This document shows, piece by piece, positions 28,636 to 37,842 of a DNA stretch of 64,000 nt (position 1 is the first letter of the stretch; each line of letters opens with the position of its first letter). The translations under genes were made by a program, and so were the position numbers. This DNA is from a virus, in IMG/VR virus record IMGVR_UViG_3300045974_000167, positions 1 to 64,000 of that record, one strand, 5' to 3'. The notes below the pieces were generated by a model. That model was not told where the DNA came from, did not search any database, and worked only from the letters and a program-made list of their open reading frames with translations.

Positions 28636-28664
28636 TTGCGCCCTTTAGTTAATTTCTGTACCTT
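28636..28664 (+). promoter_or_regulatory. Sigma70-type promoter
   Basis: TTGCGC-17bp-TACCTT. Confidence 0.45.
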
Positions 28665-28701
28665 CTAAATCGTCGGCAACACCTACCCGCCGCCCAATGG
28701 A

Positions 28702-29910
28702 GTGCGCTTGTTTGACCTAGCTTTCAAGGCTCGTCTGCCCATTATCGGTGTGCAGACGGATGATACCGCTAACTTCGATAAGGTACTCGCGTTTTACGCG
28801 GCCCCTAAGAAGGTGGCTTCTCTTGCGGAGAAGCACAAGACGCTAGGTCCGTACCTCTACTGGACTGATGATGAGGATCTGGTTACCACGGATACCTACG
28901 AGGAATTCCGCGCCGCAGGATTGTCGCTAATAGTCCTTAATTTCGATACTTCCCGCAAGAATCCACTGATTTTCGACGGAGGCATCCTCCCGACCCCGGA
29001 TCCTTTAGTCAGGTATCTTCTATCTGATATGCTAGGGGAAGAATGGGTAGAGCCAATCATCCCAGGTCTTCGCGGCCTGTCTCTGAAATCCATTAGGGAA
29101 GTCCTACTACTTACCCAAGCACGAGTTAATGGAATTACCCTCGCTGAGATCCGGCGCACTAGGTCGTCCCTCGTGGGTGGGGCTACCGGACTCTATCTTG
29201 AGGATTCTAGCTATGACTTTTACCAGTGGCCGGAACATCTTAGGGCGTGGTTGGAGCTTAATAAGTCGTATTTTCACAAGGAAACGCACCACAAGCTTGT
29301 ACCAAGGGGACTTATGTTTAACGGACCTCCCGGTGTGGGGAAGTCCATGGCGGCTAAGGCCATCGCAAATACGTTTGGTGTACCGCTATACCGATTCGAT
29401 ATCTCAAGCACTCTCGACAAATACATCGGAGTCTCCGAGGGTCGAGTTCAGAACGTTCTTGATCTCGTCAACCGAGAAGCCCCCTGTGTTCTTCTCCTAG
29501 ACGAAGTAGAGAAAATCTTCCAGGGTAAGGAGGATTCGGGGGTAATCAATCGACTGTTATCTAAGTTACTGTGGTGGCTTGCAGAACATCAGAGCCGGGT
29601 GTTCACGGTTATGACCACTAATGATAAGAGTTCGATCCCTCCCGAGTTGTACCGGACAGGCCGCATCGATAAGGTGATGCCTATCTCCAAGTTGACGTTC
29701 AATGAATCCCGTAAGTTTGCGGCGCAGGTGTTCGAGAGTATCCTAGAGATGAAGCCCGCTCTAGGACAAGTCCCGACGATTACGAAGGCTCTGCAATCGA
29801 TTGCGCCCGCAGACTATCATCCTGACTTTCCCCTACTAGCCCACGCCGATGTAACGGAGGTAGTCGTTAACGAAATTAAAAAGCACGGTTGGGACGTTCC
29901 CAAAAAATAA
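28702..29910 (+). CDS. AAA+ ATPase (Ycf46-like)
   Basis: GPPGVGKS, LLLDEVEK, TTN, PPEL.R.GRID. Confidence 0.88.
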   Translation: MRLFDLAFKARLPIIGVQTDDTANFDKVLAFYAAPKKVASLAEKHKTLGPYLYWTDDEDLVTTDTYEEFRAAGLSLIVLNFDTSRKNPLIFDGGILPTPDPLVRYLLSDMLGEEWVEPIIPGLRGLSLKSIREVLLLTQARVNGITLAEIRRTRSSLVGGATGLYLEDSSYDFYQWPEHLRAWLELNKSYFHKETHHKLVPRGLMFNGPPGVGKSMAAKAIANTFGVPLYRFDISSTLDKYIGVSEGRVQNVLDLVNREAPCVLLLDEVEKIFQGKEDSGVINRLLSKLLWWLAEHQSRVFTVMTTNDKSSIPPELYRTGRIDKVMPISKLTFNESRKFAAQVFESILEMKPALGQVPTITKALQSIAPADYHPDFPLLAHADVTEVVVNEIKKHGWDVPKK

Positions 29911-29914
29911 TCGG

Positions 29915-29943
29915 TTGACAAATCTAGGTTGATTTGTTACGGT
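29915..29943 (+). promoter_or_regulatory. Sigma70-type promoter
   Basis: TTGACA-17bp-TACGGT with extended TG. Confidence 0.65.
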
Positions 29944-29985
29944 GCAAATCGCTGTTGCGGTACAACCCAAACAATGGAGTGATAC

Positions 29986-30591
29986 TTGAATCCTGCACTT
30001 AAGACGGTCGAAGACGTTGAGAAGCACTTTGCTCCCCTCGTTGGGGAGAAGCCGGTGTTCCGTACGGGGACCGGTCGTCCGTACATCCGCATCGCAAACA
30101 AGGGTGATGCCAGCCTTTTCCTCAATGTTGTCCTTGAATCCTTCGAGTACAAGGAGAAGCCGGTGCGCGGAGTCGTTGCCCGGTTCTTCCAGACAGGGGG
30201 GGTGCCTACGTCCTTCGCCCCGCCGCTCAAGGTCCGCGCCGAAGGGAACTTTGAGGGAACTAAGCTGTTCCGGCTGTCGAAGCTGAATTTCGCGCTGTGT
30301 GATTACGCGCATCCCGCGCCGATCACGGCATGGCACAACCAGAAGGTCACGCTCCAGCTTGTTGAGTGGCTTCAGGGCGTGGTTCAGTTTGCCTCTGCGA
30401 CCCCGGTGGGTCCGGAGGTGCTCGCTCAGATCGTAGAGCTGACGATCCCTTCCGCCGATAAGGTGTCGGATGCGAAGGAACTGTTCTCTCTCGACCCGTT
30501 CGATGGGGACGACAAGAACGCGAAGGCTGTTCCCTCTGAGGGCGATGCCGAAGAGGCTGATGAGCCCGACGAGGATGTCGAGGGAGAGTAG
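29986..30591 (+). CDS. Hypothetical protein with acidic C-tail
   Basis: GGAG RBS + TTG; codon bias. Confidence 0.7.
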   Translation: MNPALKTVEDVEKHFAPLVGEKPVFRTGTGRPYIRIANKGDASLFLNVVLESFEYKEKPVRGVVARFFQTGGVPTSFAPPLKVRAEGNFEGTKLFRLSKLNFALCDYAHPAPITAWHNQKVTLQLVEWLQGVVQFASATPVGPEVLAQIVELTIPSADKVSDAKELFSLDPFDGDDKNAKAVPSEGDAEEADEPDEDVEGE

Positions 30592-30702
30592 GCCGTACTG
30601 AGGGGCTGCCCACGCTGCACCGCCACGCCGCCCCCCTCAGTTGCAGCCCCCCGCGCCGGGTCGGGGCTCCCAAAACCCGGCACTTTCTATTTGAGGGGAT
30701 AG

Positions 30703-31713
30703 ATGCCCGAAAACGTGATAGTCGTTAAGCCTGTGTATAAACAGATCACGGGCAGCATGAATTCTGCGGCGCTCCTAGCTCAAATAATTTATTGGCATAC
30801 CCCCGGCGCTACCGGCGCGACTAAGCTGCGCGTAAAACGCGATGGGGAATTGTGGCTCGTTAAATCGTGGAAGGATTGGGAAACCGAAATCGGCCTTTCC
30901 CGAATGCAGAGCCGTGTAGCTCTTGACAAACTGCGGGCATTGGGGCTTATATTCACCCAAGTCCACAAGTTTAACAGCACGCCAACGACGTACATCAAGC
31001 TCCGGGTAGACATGCTTGATGCGGCCATCGAAAAGGTCAATGATTCCGCCGAAAAGTTACCGGTAACCAATCACGGAATGGTTACCAAGGGCCAATCCGA
31101 TTGGTTACCGGTAACCAATCTTATAACAGAGACTACTAAACAAGAGACTACACATGACACTTTGTCCGCAAAATCAGAGAATGTCAAAGAAGCAGTAGAG
31201 AAGGAAAATATGGCAACATTAGAAGAGACATTAAAATTTAAGAAAGAACAGGCTGAAAAAGTTTTAGCGGGAACGAATCCGGCGAAACTCGCTCTACGCT
31301 GGAAGAAGCGACTAGCCAAGACATATGGCGGTTATGTGAAAGATTTGACCGGTGCCGAAATGGGACAGCTCGGTCTACTCGCTAAGATGATGGGGCCTAC
31401 GGACACGGCTAAGTACATCGAAAAGACCGTGGATCTCGCGGCTACGAACTGGGAGGAGTATGTATTTGAGGTCAGGGCCAAGTACGGGTTAACCACGACA
31501 CCCGAAAGACCCGTTGTAGGTTTCCTACTGAAGTACCATGATGTTGCTATTCAGATGTTGCAATCGAGTGCAAAACAGGTTAAGCCTCAGAATGTAACTC
31601 CGTTGAAGGCGGAATCTGTTGCCGCGCCTCAAGAAGTGACTAAGACTAAGGTTGACGTAGCTTCTAAACAAATGGTCGCGGAGGCCCTCGCAAAACTGAA
31701 GCAACAGAAATGA
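30703..31713 (+). CDS. Replication initiator (winged-HTH, lambda O-like)
   Basis: 'AALLAQIIYW', 'KSW.DW..EIGLS', 'L..LGLI'; internal repeats; upstream of loader and helicase. Confidence 0.75.
   Translation: MPENVIVVKPVYKQITGSMNSAALLAQIIYWHTPGATGATKLRVKRDGELWLVKSWKDWETEIGLSRMQSRVALDKLRALGLIFTQVHKFNSTPTTYIKLRVDMLDAAIEKVNDSAEKLPVTNHGMVTKGQSDWLPVTNLITETTKQETTHDTLSAKSENVKEAVEKENMATLEETLKFKKEQAEKVLAGTNPAKLALRWKKRLAKTYGGYVKDLTGAEMGQLGLLAKMMGPTDTAKYIEKTVDLAATNWEEYVFEVRAKYGLTTTPERPVVGFLLKYHDVAIQMLQSSAKQVKPQNVTPLKAESVAAPQEVTKTKVDVASKQMVAEALAKLKQQK
31056..31120. repeat. Iteron cluster, putative replication origin
   Basis: GTTACCGGTAACCAATC at 31056 and 31104; 22-bp perfect palindrome 31099-31120; degenerate copy 31081; A-rich tract follows. 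Confidence 0.7.
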
Positions 31714-31722
31714 GGAGAAGTC

Positions 31723-32253
31723 ATGCTAAACGCAGAACATCACGACCGACTCATTAAGAACTTGGACGCGATTTGCCATACCGCAAACGTGCCCAAGACC
31801 TTTATGCAGAAGTCGGCCAAGGAGTTCTGCTCCGGGGTAGAGCTGGATTGGCTCACTCGCTTCCCTGTTTTCCAGCGAGAGGGCAAAGGTCTTGTGCTTG
31901 TTGGTAAGCACGAAACCGCTCCCGATATAAAGATGATGGCAATGGCCGCAACACTCCTGCGTAACTATATCGACGCCCGTGTCATTACCGTGCAGACGTT
32001 GCTTGAGGCTTCCGAGCATCACCATGAGATCCCTGATCCCACGGTGCTGCTCATTCCGAACCTGTATGTACGACAGGGCGGAAAGGGAATCCCCTCTTGG
32101 AAGATGAGCCTCATCTACGACCTACTCCTGTCCCGCTTCACGGCGGGGAAGGTTACGGTCGCCTACGTTGAGGATATGAAGGTACTAGCCGCTGATTACG
32201 GGGCATTAATGGCGCAGCACTTGAAGTCGGGCTACCTAATCTCCGAAGGGTAG
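31723..32253 (+). CDS. DnaC/IstB-like helicase loader with degenerate Walker motifs
   Basis: 'KGLVLVG', 'VLLIPNL', 'LL.SR' align to the DnaC fold; position between initiator and DnaB. Confidence 0.6.
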   Translation: MLNAEHHDRLIKNLDAICHTANVPKTFMQKSAKEFCSGVELDWLTRFPVFQREGKGLVLVGKHETAPDIKMMAMAATLLRNYIDARVITVQTLLEASEHHHEIPDPTVLLIPNLYVRQGGKGIPSWKMSLIYDLLLSRFTAGKVTVAYVEDMKVLAADYGALMAQHLKSGYLISEG

Positions 32254-32257
32254 AACT

Positions 32258-32759
32258 GTGTCTAAAACTATTGAGCTAACCGGTCTTCGCTTCGGAAGAC
32301 TGGTGGTGGGAGATTTTGCCGGAATTTCTAAATTTGGGAGTAAACTTTGGGAATGCCTCTGTGATTGCGGAACAACCAAGATAATCTCGTCCGCAAGCTT
32401 GCGGCAAGGTGGTACTGTCTCCTGCGGTTGCAAGATGCGTGAGGGTCGTCCCCCTAAACACGGTAAAACTGGTTCTAAAGTATGGAAAGCATGGGAAGCC
32501 ATGCTTGACCGTTGCCATAATCCTAAGAACAAGCGGTTCCACGATTACGGAGGGCGTGGAATCGTCGTATGTTACCGATGGCTAAAGTTTGAAAACTTTT
32601 ACGAGGATATGTGGGATCCCGCAAAGGGTATGTCCCTAGATAGACTTAATAACGACGGCAATTACGAACCAAGTAACTGCCGATGGGCTACGGCAAAAAC
32701 AACAGGCATCGAATAGACGTAAACCCAAACCCTACGCGCCGCGAAAGAAGGTTGCGTAA
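32258..32759 (+). pseudogene. HNH homing endonuclease, frameshifted at A5 run 32695-32699
   Basis: CDCG, SCGC, YGGRGI, LDR.NN.GNY.P.NCRWAT; canonical QQASNRR continues in +1 frame to a TAATG overlap with dnaB. Confidence 0.75.
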
Positions 32760-34039
32760 TGTCTACGTTCATGCTCGGGGCAAAAGCTATAAAGAAATTG
32801 GCCCTCGAACAGAATGCTCTTGCGTTCTTCCAGGCGAAATTTTCTCCTCCGATGTTCAAGGGCGAGAAAGAGCTTGCGCTGCTGGAATTCACAAGAAAGC
32901 ACTATGACGAGTGCCACACACTCCCAACGATTCAAACTCTGGAAACGAAGTTCCCGGAGATCAAGGAGATAGACGTACCCGAACCGTCGATTTACTACGT
33001 CAAGCAGATGGAGAAGAGGTTTGGATATGACCTCTTGAGCAAGGCGACGGCGGAAAGCAGGGATATCTTAAAGAAGGACGACGAAGCTGTTGAAAATGCA
33101 TGGAAGATTCTGCGGGATGCCCAAAATACTTGGACCCAGCAGAAGTACAGACATAAGATCCTAGATGTAAATGTAGACCTGCCCGAATTGCTGCTCACGC
33201 AGTACCACGGGAACCTACTGGGATCGGATATGGCCCCCGCATTCTTCGGGTGGCCGTATCTAGACGACCTTGGTGGGATTGCCCCTGCCGAGGTTGTTTC
33301 TTTTGTGGGCCGTCCTGCTACTGGGAAGTCCTACAAGATGCTGTATTGCGCCCTCCATAACTGGAGCAAGCGCCACGAAAACGTGCTGTTTGTGTCGATG
33401 GAGATGGGGCACCTGCTCATCGGTCAGCGCGTTGGTGCCATGTATACCAACACGCCCGTCAAGCAACTGATGGCGGGGGGGTTCTCAAGTCAGACGTTCT
33501 TGATGTTCGCTGAGAAGATTACGGATATCAAGAAAGAGCCCGCAAAGTTCTACGTTATCGACGGTAATCTCGCGGCCAGCGTAGACGATATTTACAACCT
33601 CGCACTTCTCCTGAAGTGTAGAATCGTCTTCATCGACGGTGCCTATATGTTGAGGCACCCGAACCCTAGACTCGATAGGTATACGAAGGTTGCCGAAAAC
33701 ATCGAATGGATCAAGCGTGTCTCGTCGGATAACAAGTTCATTACGTTCTGTTCGTGGCAGTTTGCCAAGACGGCCGTGACGAAGAAGAAGCAGAAAGGGG
33801 CGAAAGAGGGGCTAGAGGATATCGGCTACTCCGATGCGATTGGTCAAATCAGCGCCCTCGTCATAGGTATCATGCAGGAAGAGGGCGTAGAAACGATAAT
33901 GAAGCGAAAGCTTGAGTTACTGAAGGGTCGTAACGGTGAAATCGGTTCGTGGGAAATCAATTGGAATTTCATGGAGATGGACTTCCAACAGGTAGATGTT
34001 AATACCCAAAAAACCTCCGACGAATTGCAGTATGTATGA
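32759..34039 (+). CDS. dnaB: Replicative DnaB-like helicase
   Basis: GRPATGKS, FVSMEM, FIDG, Q motif, KGRNG. Confidence 0.9.
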   Translation: MSTFMLGAKAIKKLALEQNALAFFQAKFSPPMFKGEKELALLEFTRKHYDECHTLPTIQTLETKFPEIKEIDVPEPSIYYVKQMEKRFGYDLLSKATAESRDILKKDDEAVENAWKILRDAQNTWTQQKYRHKILDVNVDLPELLLTQYHGNLLGSDMAPAFFGWPYLDDLGGIAPAEVVSFVGRPATGKSYKMLYCALHNWSKRHENVLFVSMEMGHLLIGQRVGAMYTNTPVKQLMAGGFSSQTFLMFAEKITDIKKEPAKFYVIDGNLAASVDDIYNLALLLKCRIVFIDGAYMLRHPNPRLDRYTKVAENIEWIKRVSSDNKFITFCSWQFAKTAVTKKKQKGAKEGLEDIGYSDAIGQISALVIGIMQEEGVETIMKRKLELLKGRNGEIGSWEINWNFMEMDFQQVDVNTQKTSDELQYV

Positions 34040-34260
34040 GCGGAAATCCCTGGACAAAACTAGATTCCGCCCCTATAATAAACATACTAACGGTTGAACC
34101 CTGTAAGTGTCTAAAATATAAGTACCCGCACGTTCATAAGCCGATTCAGGATAAAGACGGCGATATCTTCGCGTGGGATGATCAACCGGTAGCGTTACCC
34201 CCGGGAATGACCAGCTTCAAATTTAATTTACTCAAACCTTTTAAGGGAATATACAAATGA
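34036..34260 (+). CDS. Hypothetical protein
   Basis: ATGA-coupled on both sides. Confidence 0.6.
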   Translation: MSGNPWTKLDSAPIINILTVEPCKCLKYKYPHVHKPIQDKDGDIFAWDDQPVALPPGMTSFKFNLLKPFKGIYK

Positions 34261-34550
34261 GCGAGCTTGCTGCTGTTCCTGACGTTGAGACTCCTGCCCC
34301 GGTTGCAAAGAACCGCGCCCGACTGATGATTGACTTCCTGAGCCCCGAGGATGTGCTTGAGTTCGTGAGCAAGCTTCGCCTCGCGGGCCACCTCCCCGAC
34401 GCCGCCAAGGTCTACCAGTCGGATGCGCTGGACTTTCAGGCCCGTAAGATTCAGGGTGTTGGCCGCAAGCACACCTTCATCCTGCGTAACCCGGATGAGT
34501 CCCGCAAGGAGCTGAAGTTCGTGACGAAGAAGGTTCTGGCGGTAGAGTAA
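34257..34550 (+). CDS. Hypothetical protein
   Basis: Strong codon bias, RBS. Confidence 0.7.
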   Translation: MSELAAVPDVETPAPVAKNRARLMIDFLSPEDVLEFVSKLRLAGHLPDAAKVYQSDALDFQARKIQGVGRKHTFILRNPDESRKELKFVTKKVLAVE

Positions 34551-34568
34551 TGCGGGCCGGTTGTGCCG

Positions 34569-34610
34569 GGGGAGTCTGCACTTGATTGCAGGCTCCCCTA
34601 ATCTTTTCGT
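34569..34610 (+). terminator. Intrinsic terminator whose hairpin contains a 14-bp motif copy
   Basis: GGGGAGTCTGCA/TGCAGGCTCCCC stem, T-rich tail. Confidence 0.6.
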
Positions 34611-34639
34611 TTGACAAATGTAGACTGTTTGACTATCCT
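34611..34639 (+). promoter_or_regulatory. Sigma70-type promoter
   Basis: TTGACA-17bp-TATCCT. Confidence 0.7.
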
Positions 34640-34684
34640 GTATTTTGTAACGGCGCGGTTCGGCCACTAACCCATGGAGGGATT

Positions 34685-35149
34685 ATGACTGTCAAGGTCA
34701 CTCAGCTTCAGAAGCCCGTTGCTAAGGTGAAGGATTCTCTCAAGTCTGCGGCGCTGTCCAAGGACACCCGTGCGGCCATCGACCGCCTTTGGGAAATCGA
34801 GCAGAAGCTTGCTCCCATGCGGGCACTTCTCAAGGAAGAGAAGAAGATTCGGGAGCATCTGTCGGAGGTTGCTTCCAACACCGAACGGTTTGACCCCAAG
34901 ATGCCCGCCATCCTAGAGGGTGATGCTGCCGTCCTTGAATACGGCGCGGCTAGCTCTACCCGGGAAATCTCCAACAAGGACGGAGCAATCCAGCTCCTCA
35001 AGGAGAAGATGGGCGGCTACGAGAAGCTTCTCGCAATCATCAAGATCAACCTCGGTGATCTCGACCAGTACACGACCGAGGAGGAGCGGGCACCCTTCGT
35101 CAAGAGTGTTGTCGGCTCTAGAAAGTTTACGACCATCAAGGGGAAGTGA
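34685..35149 (+). CDS. Hypothetical coiled-coil protein
   Basis: GGAGG RBS before ATG 34685. Confidence 0.75.
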   Translation: MTVKVTQLQKPVAKVKDSLKSAALSKDTRAAIDRLWEIEQKLAPMRALLKEEKKIREHLSEVASNTERFDPKMPAILEGDAAVLEYGAASSTREISNKDGAIQLLKEKMGGYEKLLAIIKINLGDLDQYTTEEERAPFVKSVVGSRKFTTIKGK

Positions 35150-35382
35150 TGGCCCTAATTTGCATTGAAATCGATGATAAGTTTCTAGAGTTCAAGGCCG
35201 CATGTACCCCCCTGCTTAAATCTGGGATGTTGCCACTTGGCACGTATGTGCGTCCCATAGTCTCCACTATGGTCATTGCAATGGCCGAAAGCATCTACTA
35301 CATCCGGCAGGGATCCATCTACAAAGTGAAAGACAGGAGCGGAAATGCGCTACAAGAGCCAAAAGCTGACGATCAAGAATGA
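35146..35382 (+). CDS. Hypothetical protein
   Basis: Coupled ORF. Confidence 0.55.
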   Translation: MMALICIEIDDKFLEFKAACTPLLKSGMLPLGTYVRPIVSTMVIAMAESIYYIRQGSIYKVKDRSGNALQEPKADDQE

Positions 35383-35527
35383 GAACAAGATCCACGTTAC
35401 CGATGCGGGAGAGATCACCCTCAAGTGTCCCGCCTGCGGTAAGCGTAAGCCCCTGACCGCTTTCGGGCTGCGGCAGATGAAGGACGGCTCCGTTCGTAAT
35501 CAGCCTTGGTGCCGCGAGTGTAGGTGA
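35345..35527 (+). CDS. Small zinc-finger protein
   Basis: CPAC...CREC; AGGAG RBS. Confidence 0.65.
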   Translation: MRYKSQKLTIKNENKIHVTDAGEITLKCPACGKRKPLTAFGLRQMKDGSVRNQPWCRECR

Positions 35528-35721
35528 TGGAAGTCTCGGGGATAGAGGTTTGTAAACAGAGAACCCCGACCGCCGATAGGCCCATAGCGTTCCATTGCTA
35601 CCATCTCCAGCCCTGGTCAGCATCCTCTAACTGCCAAACAGAGATATGTTGCCATTGCGGGAATACTAGGACCGTAAACCACGGGTCGTTCAAGCCAGCA
35701 TCGATATTAGGTATCATCTAG
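35524..35721 (+). CDS. Small Cys/His-rich protein
   Basis: HCYH...CCHCG. Confidence 0.5.
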   Translation: MMEVSGIEVCKQRTPTADRPIAFHCYHLQPWSASSNCQTEICCHCGNTRTVNHGSFKPASILGII

Positions 35722-35736
35722 TCTGCAATCAATTGC

Positions 35737-36720
35737 ATGAAAAAAGAACTAGTCCTTAACCTGATGAAGTCGTTAGGTATGCACGATCCCCTCCCCGTGA
35801 ACGGGTGGTGGATGGCGCAATGCCCGCTGGCACCTTTTACCCACTCCAAGGGAAAGGACACGCGGCCATCGTTCGGAATGAACATGGAATCCGCTAACTA
35901 TAACTGCTTTACCTGCGGCAGCGGGAGTGCCACGAAACTTGTGATGTCCCTGGATCTATACTCCAAGGACGACCCAATCCTTTCGGCGCGGTACCACTTC
36001 AAGCAAGCTTACGAAGTTCTACAGGGTATAGAGGACTACCTAGAGCCTTTACCCGAGTTCGGTGCTATAACCCCGAACATGCTAGAGTTTACTCCGTGGC
36101 CCGAATGGTGGCTTGAACAGTATCAACCGTGGCATCAGAGCACGACCGCCAAGTGGTATCTACATGAGGGGCGTCCTGCGGCGGGCAGTCAGGGAATCCC
36201 GGCTGAGATAGCCATCCAGTTCGAGCTACGATACGATTACAAGTACAATCGAATCGTATGCCCTTACCGTACCTATACAGGTAAGTTGGCGGGGGCCAGA
36301 GGTAGAGCGTGCGATCCAAACGCCACGCTCAAGCACTTCGATTACACCCACGACAAGATCAATAATGCTCATGGGGTCTGGTACAACGAACAAGCATTGG
36401 AACTTGCGGCCCGCCACCATAAACCCGTAATCGTCGTAGAGGGCCAGTTCGACTGCATGAGTGTCGCCCGGATTTATCCCTACGTAGTGGCGGGCTTAAC
36501 TGCCAAGTCTAGCGCCGAAAAGATCACTAAACTGCAAGGTTGTGATGGTGTTGTGACGATGCTGGATAATGATGAGACAGGGGAATCGGCCCACATCCGG
36601 TACGAAACCCTGCTCCGGAAGCATGTTCCAATTGGGCGTGTTTCGTATCCAAAAGAGTACAAAGACCCCGGTTCCCTGCCTCTCGAAGTGCTAGAAAAAG
36701 TGCTATCCGATCTTATTTAA
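35737..36720 (+). CDS. DNA primase (Zn finger + Toprim)
   Basis: CP...H..PSF..CFTC; VEGQFD; LDND; KDP. Confidence 0.9.
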   Translation: MKKELVLNLMKSLGMHDPLPVNGWWMAQCPLAPFTHSKGKDTRPSFGMNMESANYNCFTCGSGSATKLVMSLDLYSKDDPILSARYHFKQAYEVLQGIEDYLEPLPEFGAITPNMLEFTPWPEWWLEQYQPWHQSTTAKWYLHEGRPAAGSQGIPAEIAIQFELRYDYKYNRIVCPYRTYTGKLAGARGRACDPNATLKHFDYTHDKINNAHGVWYNEQALELAARHHKPVIVVEGQFDCMSVARIYPYVVAGLTAKSSAEKITKLQGCDGVVTMLDNDETGESAHIRYETLLRKHVPIGRVSYPKEYKDPGSLPLEVLEKVLSDLI

Positions 36721-36723
36721 CCT

Positions 36724-36752
36724 TTGACAATCATAGGTCGTTGTCGTACCGT
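36724..36752 (+). promoter_or_regulatory. Sigma70-type promoter
   Basis: TTGACA-17bp-TACCGT. Confidence 0.65.
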
Positions 36753-36810
36753 GTCACCTGTCGCACCAACCCGGATCACCGTAATGGTATCCATATAAAG
36801 GGGTAAAACA

Positions 36811-37593
36811 ATGGCTGTGTCTTGGTTAAAGCAGGGCGAAGATTCCGCGAAGCTGCACGAGCAGGAGAAGGCCGCGCAGATCAAGCGGCAGTCGGAGCAG
36901 GGTAAGTCCTTCCGGTTCTGGCTGAAGAAGGGCGACGAGGCCAGCATTTGGTTCGTCGATGGCGCCCTCCACACGAAGGGCTACCTGGCCCCGCCCAGGT
37001 ACTACGAGCATACGGTGTTCTTCAACAACACCTGGGACAACATCGTTTGCCCTCAGCAGACGATGCCCAGCGCGAAGGAAGTTTGCCCGATTTGCGAGGG
37101 CAAGGACCGTGCGGCGCTGGTCAGCCTGTTCACGGTGATCGATACTAGGCCGTACACCACGAAGAACGGAATCACCATCCCGTTCACCCGCAAGCTGTTC
37201 GTCGCCAAGCCCACCACGTTCGATATGCTGAACAAGATGGCTATCAAGCGCGGCGGTCTGACGGGGTGCCGGTTCGATGTTTCCCGTACCGGTGACAAGA
37301 GCCCGAACGTCGGAGATGTGTTCGACTTTCAGGAGAAGTCCACGGACGTTGAGGCGCTGACCCAGATGTTCACCTCCACCTTCAAGGTGAAGGATAAGCA
37401 GTCGGGGTCGGATATTCAGAAGACCGTGAACCTCTGGGAGCCCCTCCCCTACGAGAAGGAGATCATCTTCCGTACCGGCGATGAGCTTCGTAAGATGGGC
37501 TTCGGCGCTCCCACCGGAGGGTCGGGCTTCTCGCAGGACACCTCCCCCGCCGCCGATGCTGGTAAGGGCGAGGATTACGAGACTCACCTCTAA
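36811..37593 (+). CDS. Single-stranded DNA-binding protein (T4 gp32-like)
   Basis: H...C...CPIC Zn motif, OB-like strands, acidic tail, high-expression codons. Confidence 0.7.
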   Translation: MAVSWLKQGEDSAKLHEQEKAAQIKRQSEQGKSFRFWLKKGDEASIWFVDGALHTKGYLAPPRYYEHTVFFNNTWDNIVCPQQTMPSAKEVCPICEGKDRAALVSLFTVIDTRPYTTKNGITIPFTRKLFVAKPTTFDMLNKMAIKRGGLTGCRFDVSRTGDKSPNVGDVFDFQEKSTDVEALTQMFTSTFKVKDKQSGSDIQKTVNLWEPLPYEKEIIFRTGDELRKMGFGAPTGGSGFSQDTSPAADAGKGEDYETHL

Positions 37594-37671
37594 AACGTAA
37601 AGGGCCGCGCCGCCCGACCTGTGAGGGTTTCCCCCTAAGCTAACCCAGGCGGCACTTTTAATGGAGTAACT

Positions 37672-37842
37672 ATGCCCTTGTACGTTTACGAATGCGAGAA
37701 ATGCAATCTTGAGGTTGAAGTGCTTGAGAAGGTGAAGCACTATGCACCTGATTGCAAACGCTGCGGTAGAGAGATGAAGAAGAAGATTGTTGCTTCTGCG
37801 GCCAAGGCGTTTCCAGGCGCTGCATCTTGGAGAAACGATTGA
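37672..37842 (+). CDS. FmdB-family zinc-ribbon protein (56 aa, below ORF-track cutoff)
   Basis: MPLYVYECEKC...CKRCG; GGAG RBS. Confidence 0.8.
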   Translation: MPLYVYECEKCNLEVEVLEKVKHYAPDCKRCGREMKKKIVASAAKAFPGAASWRND

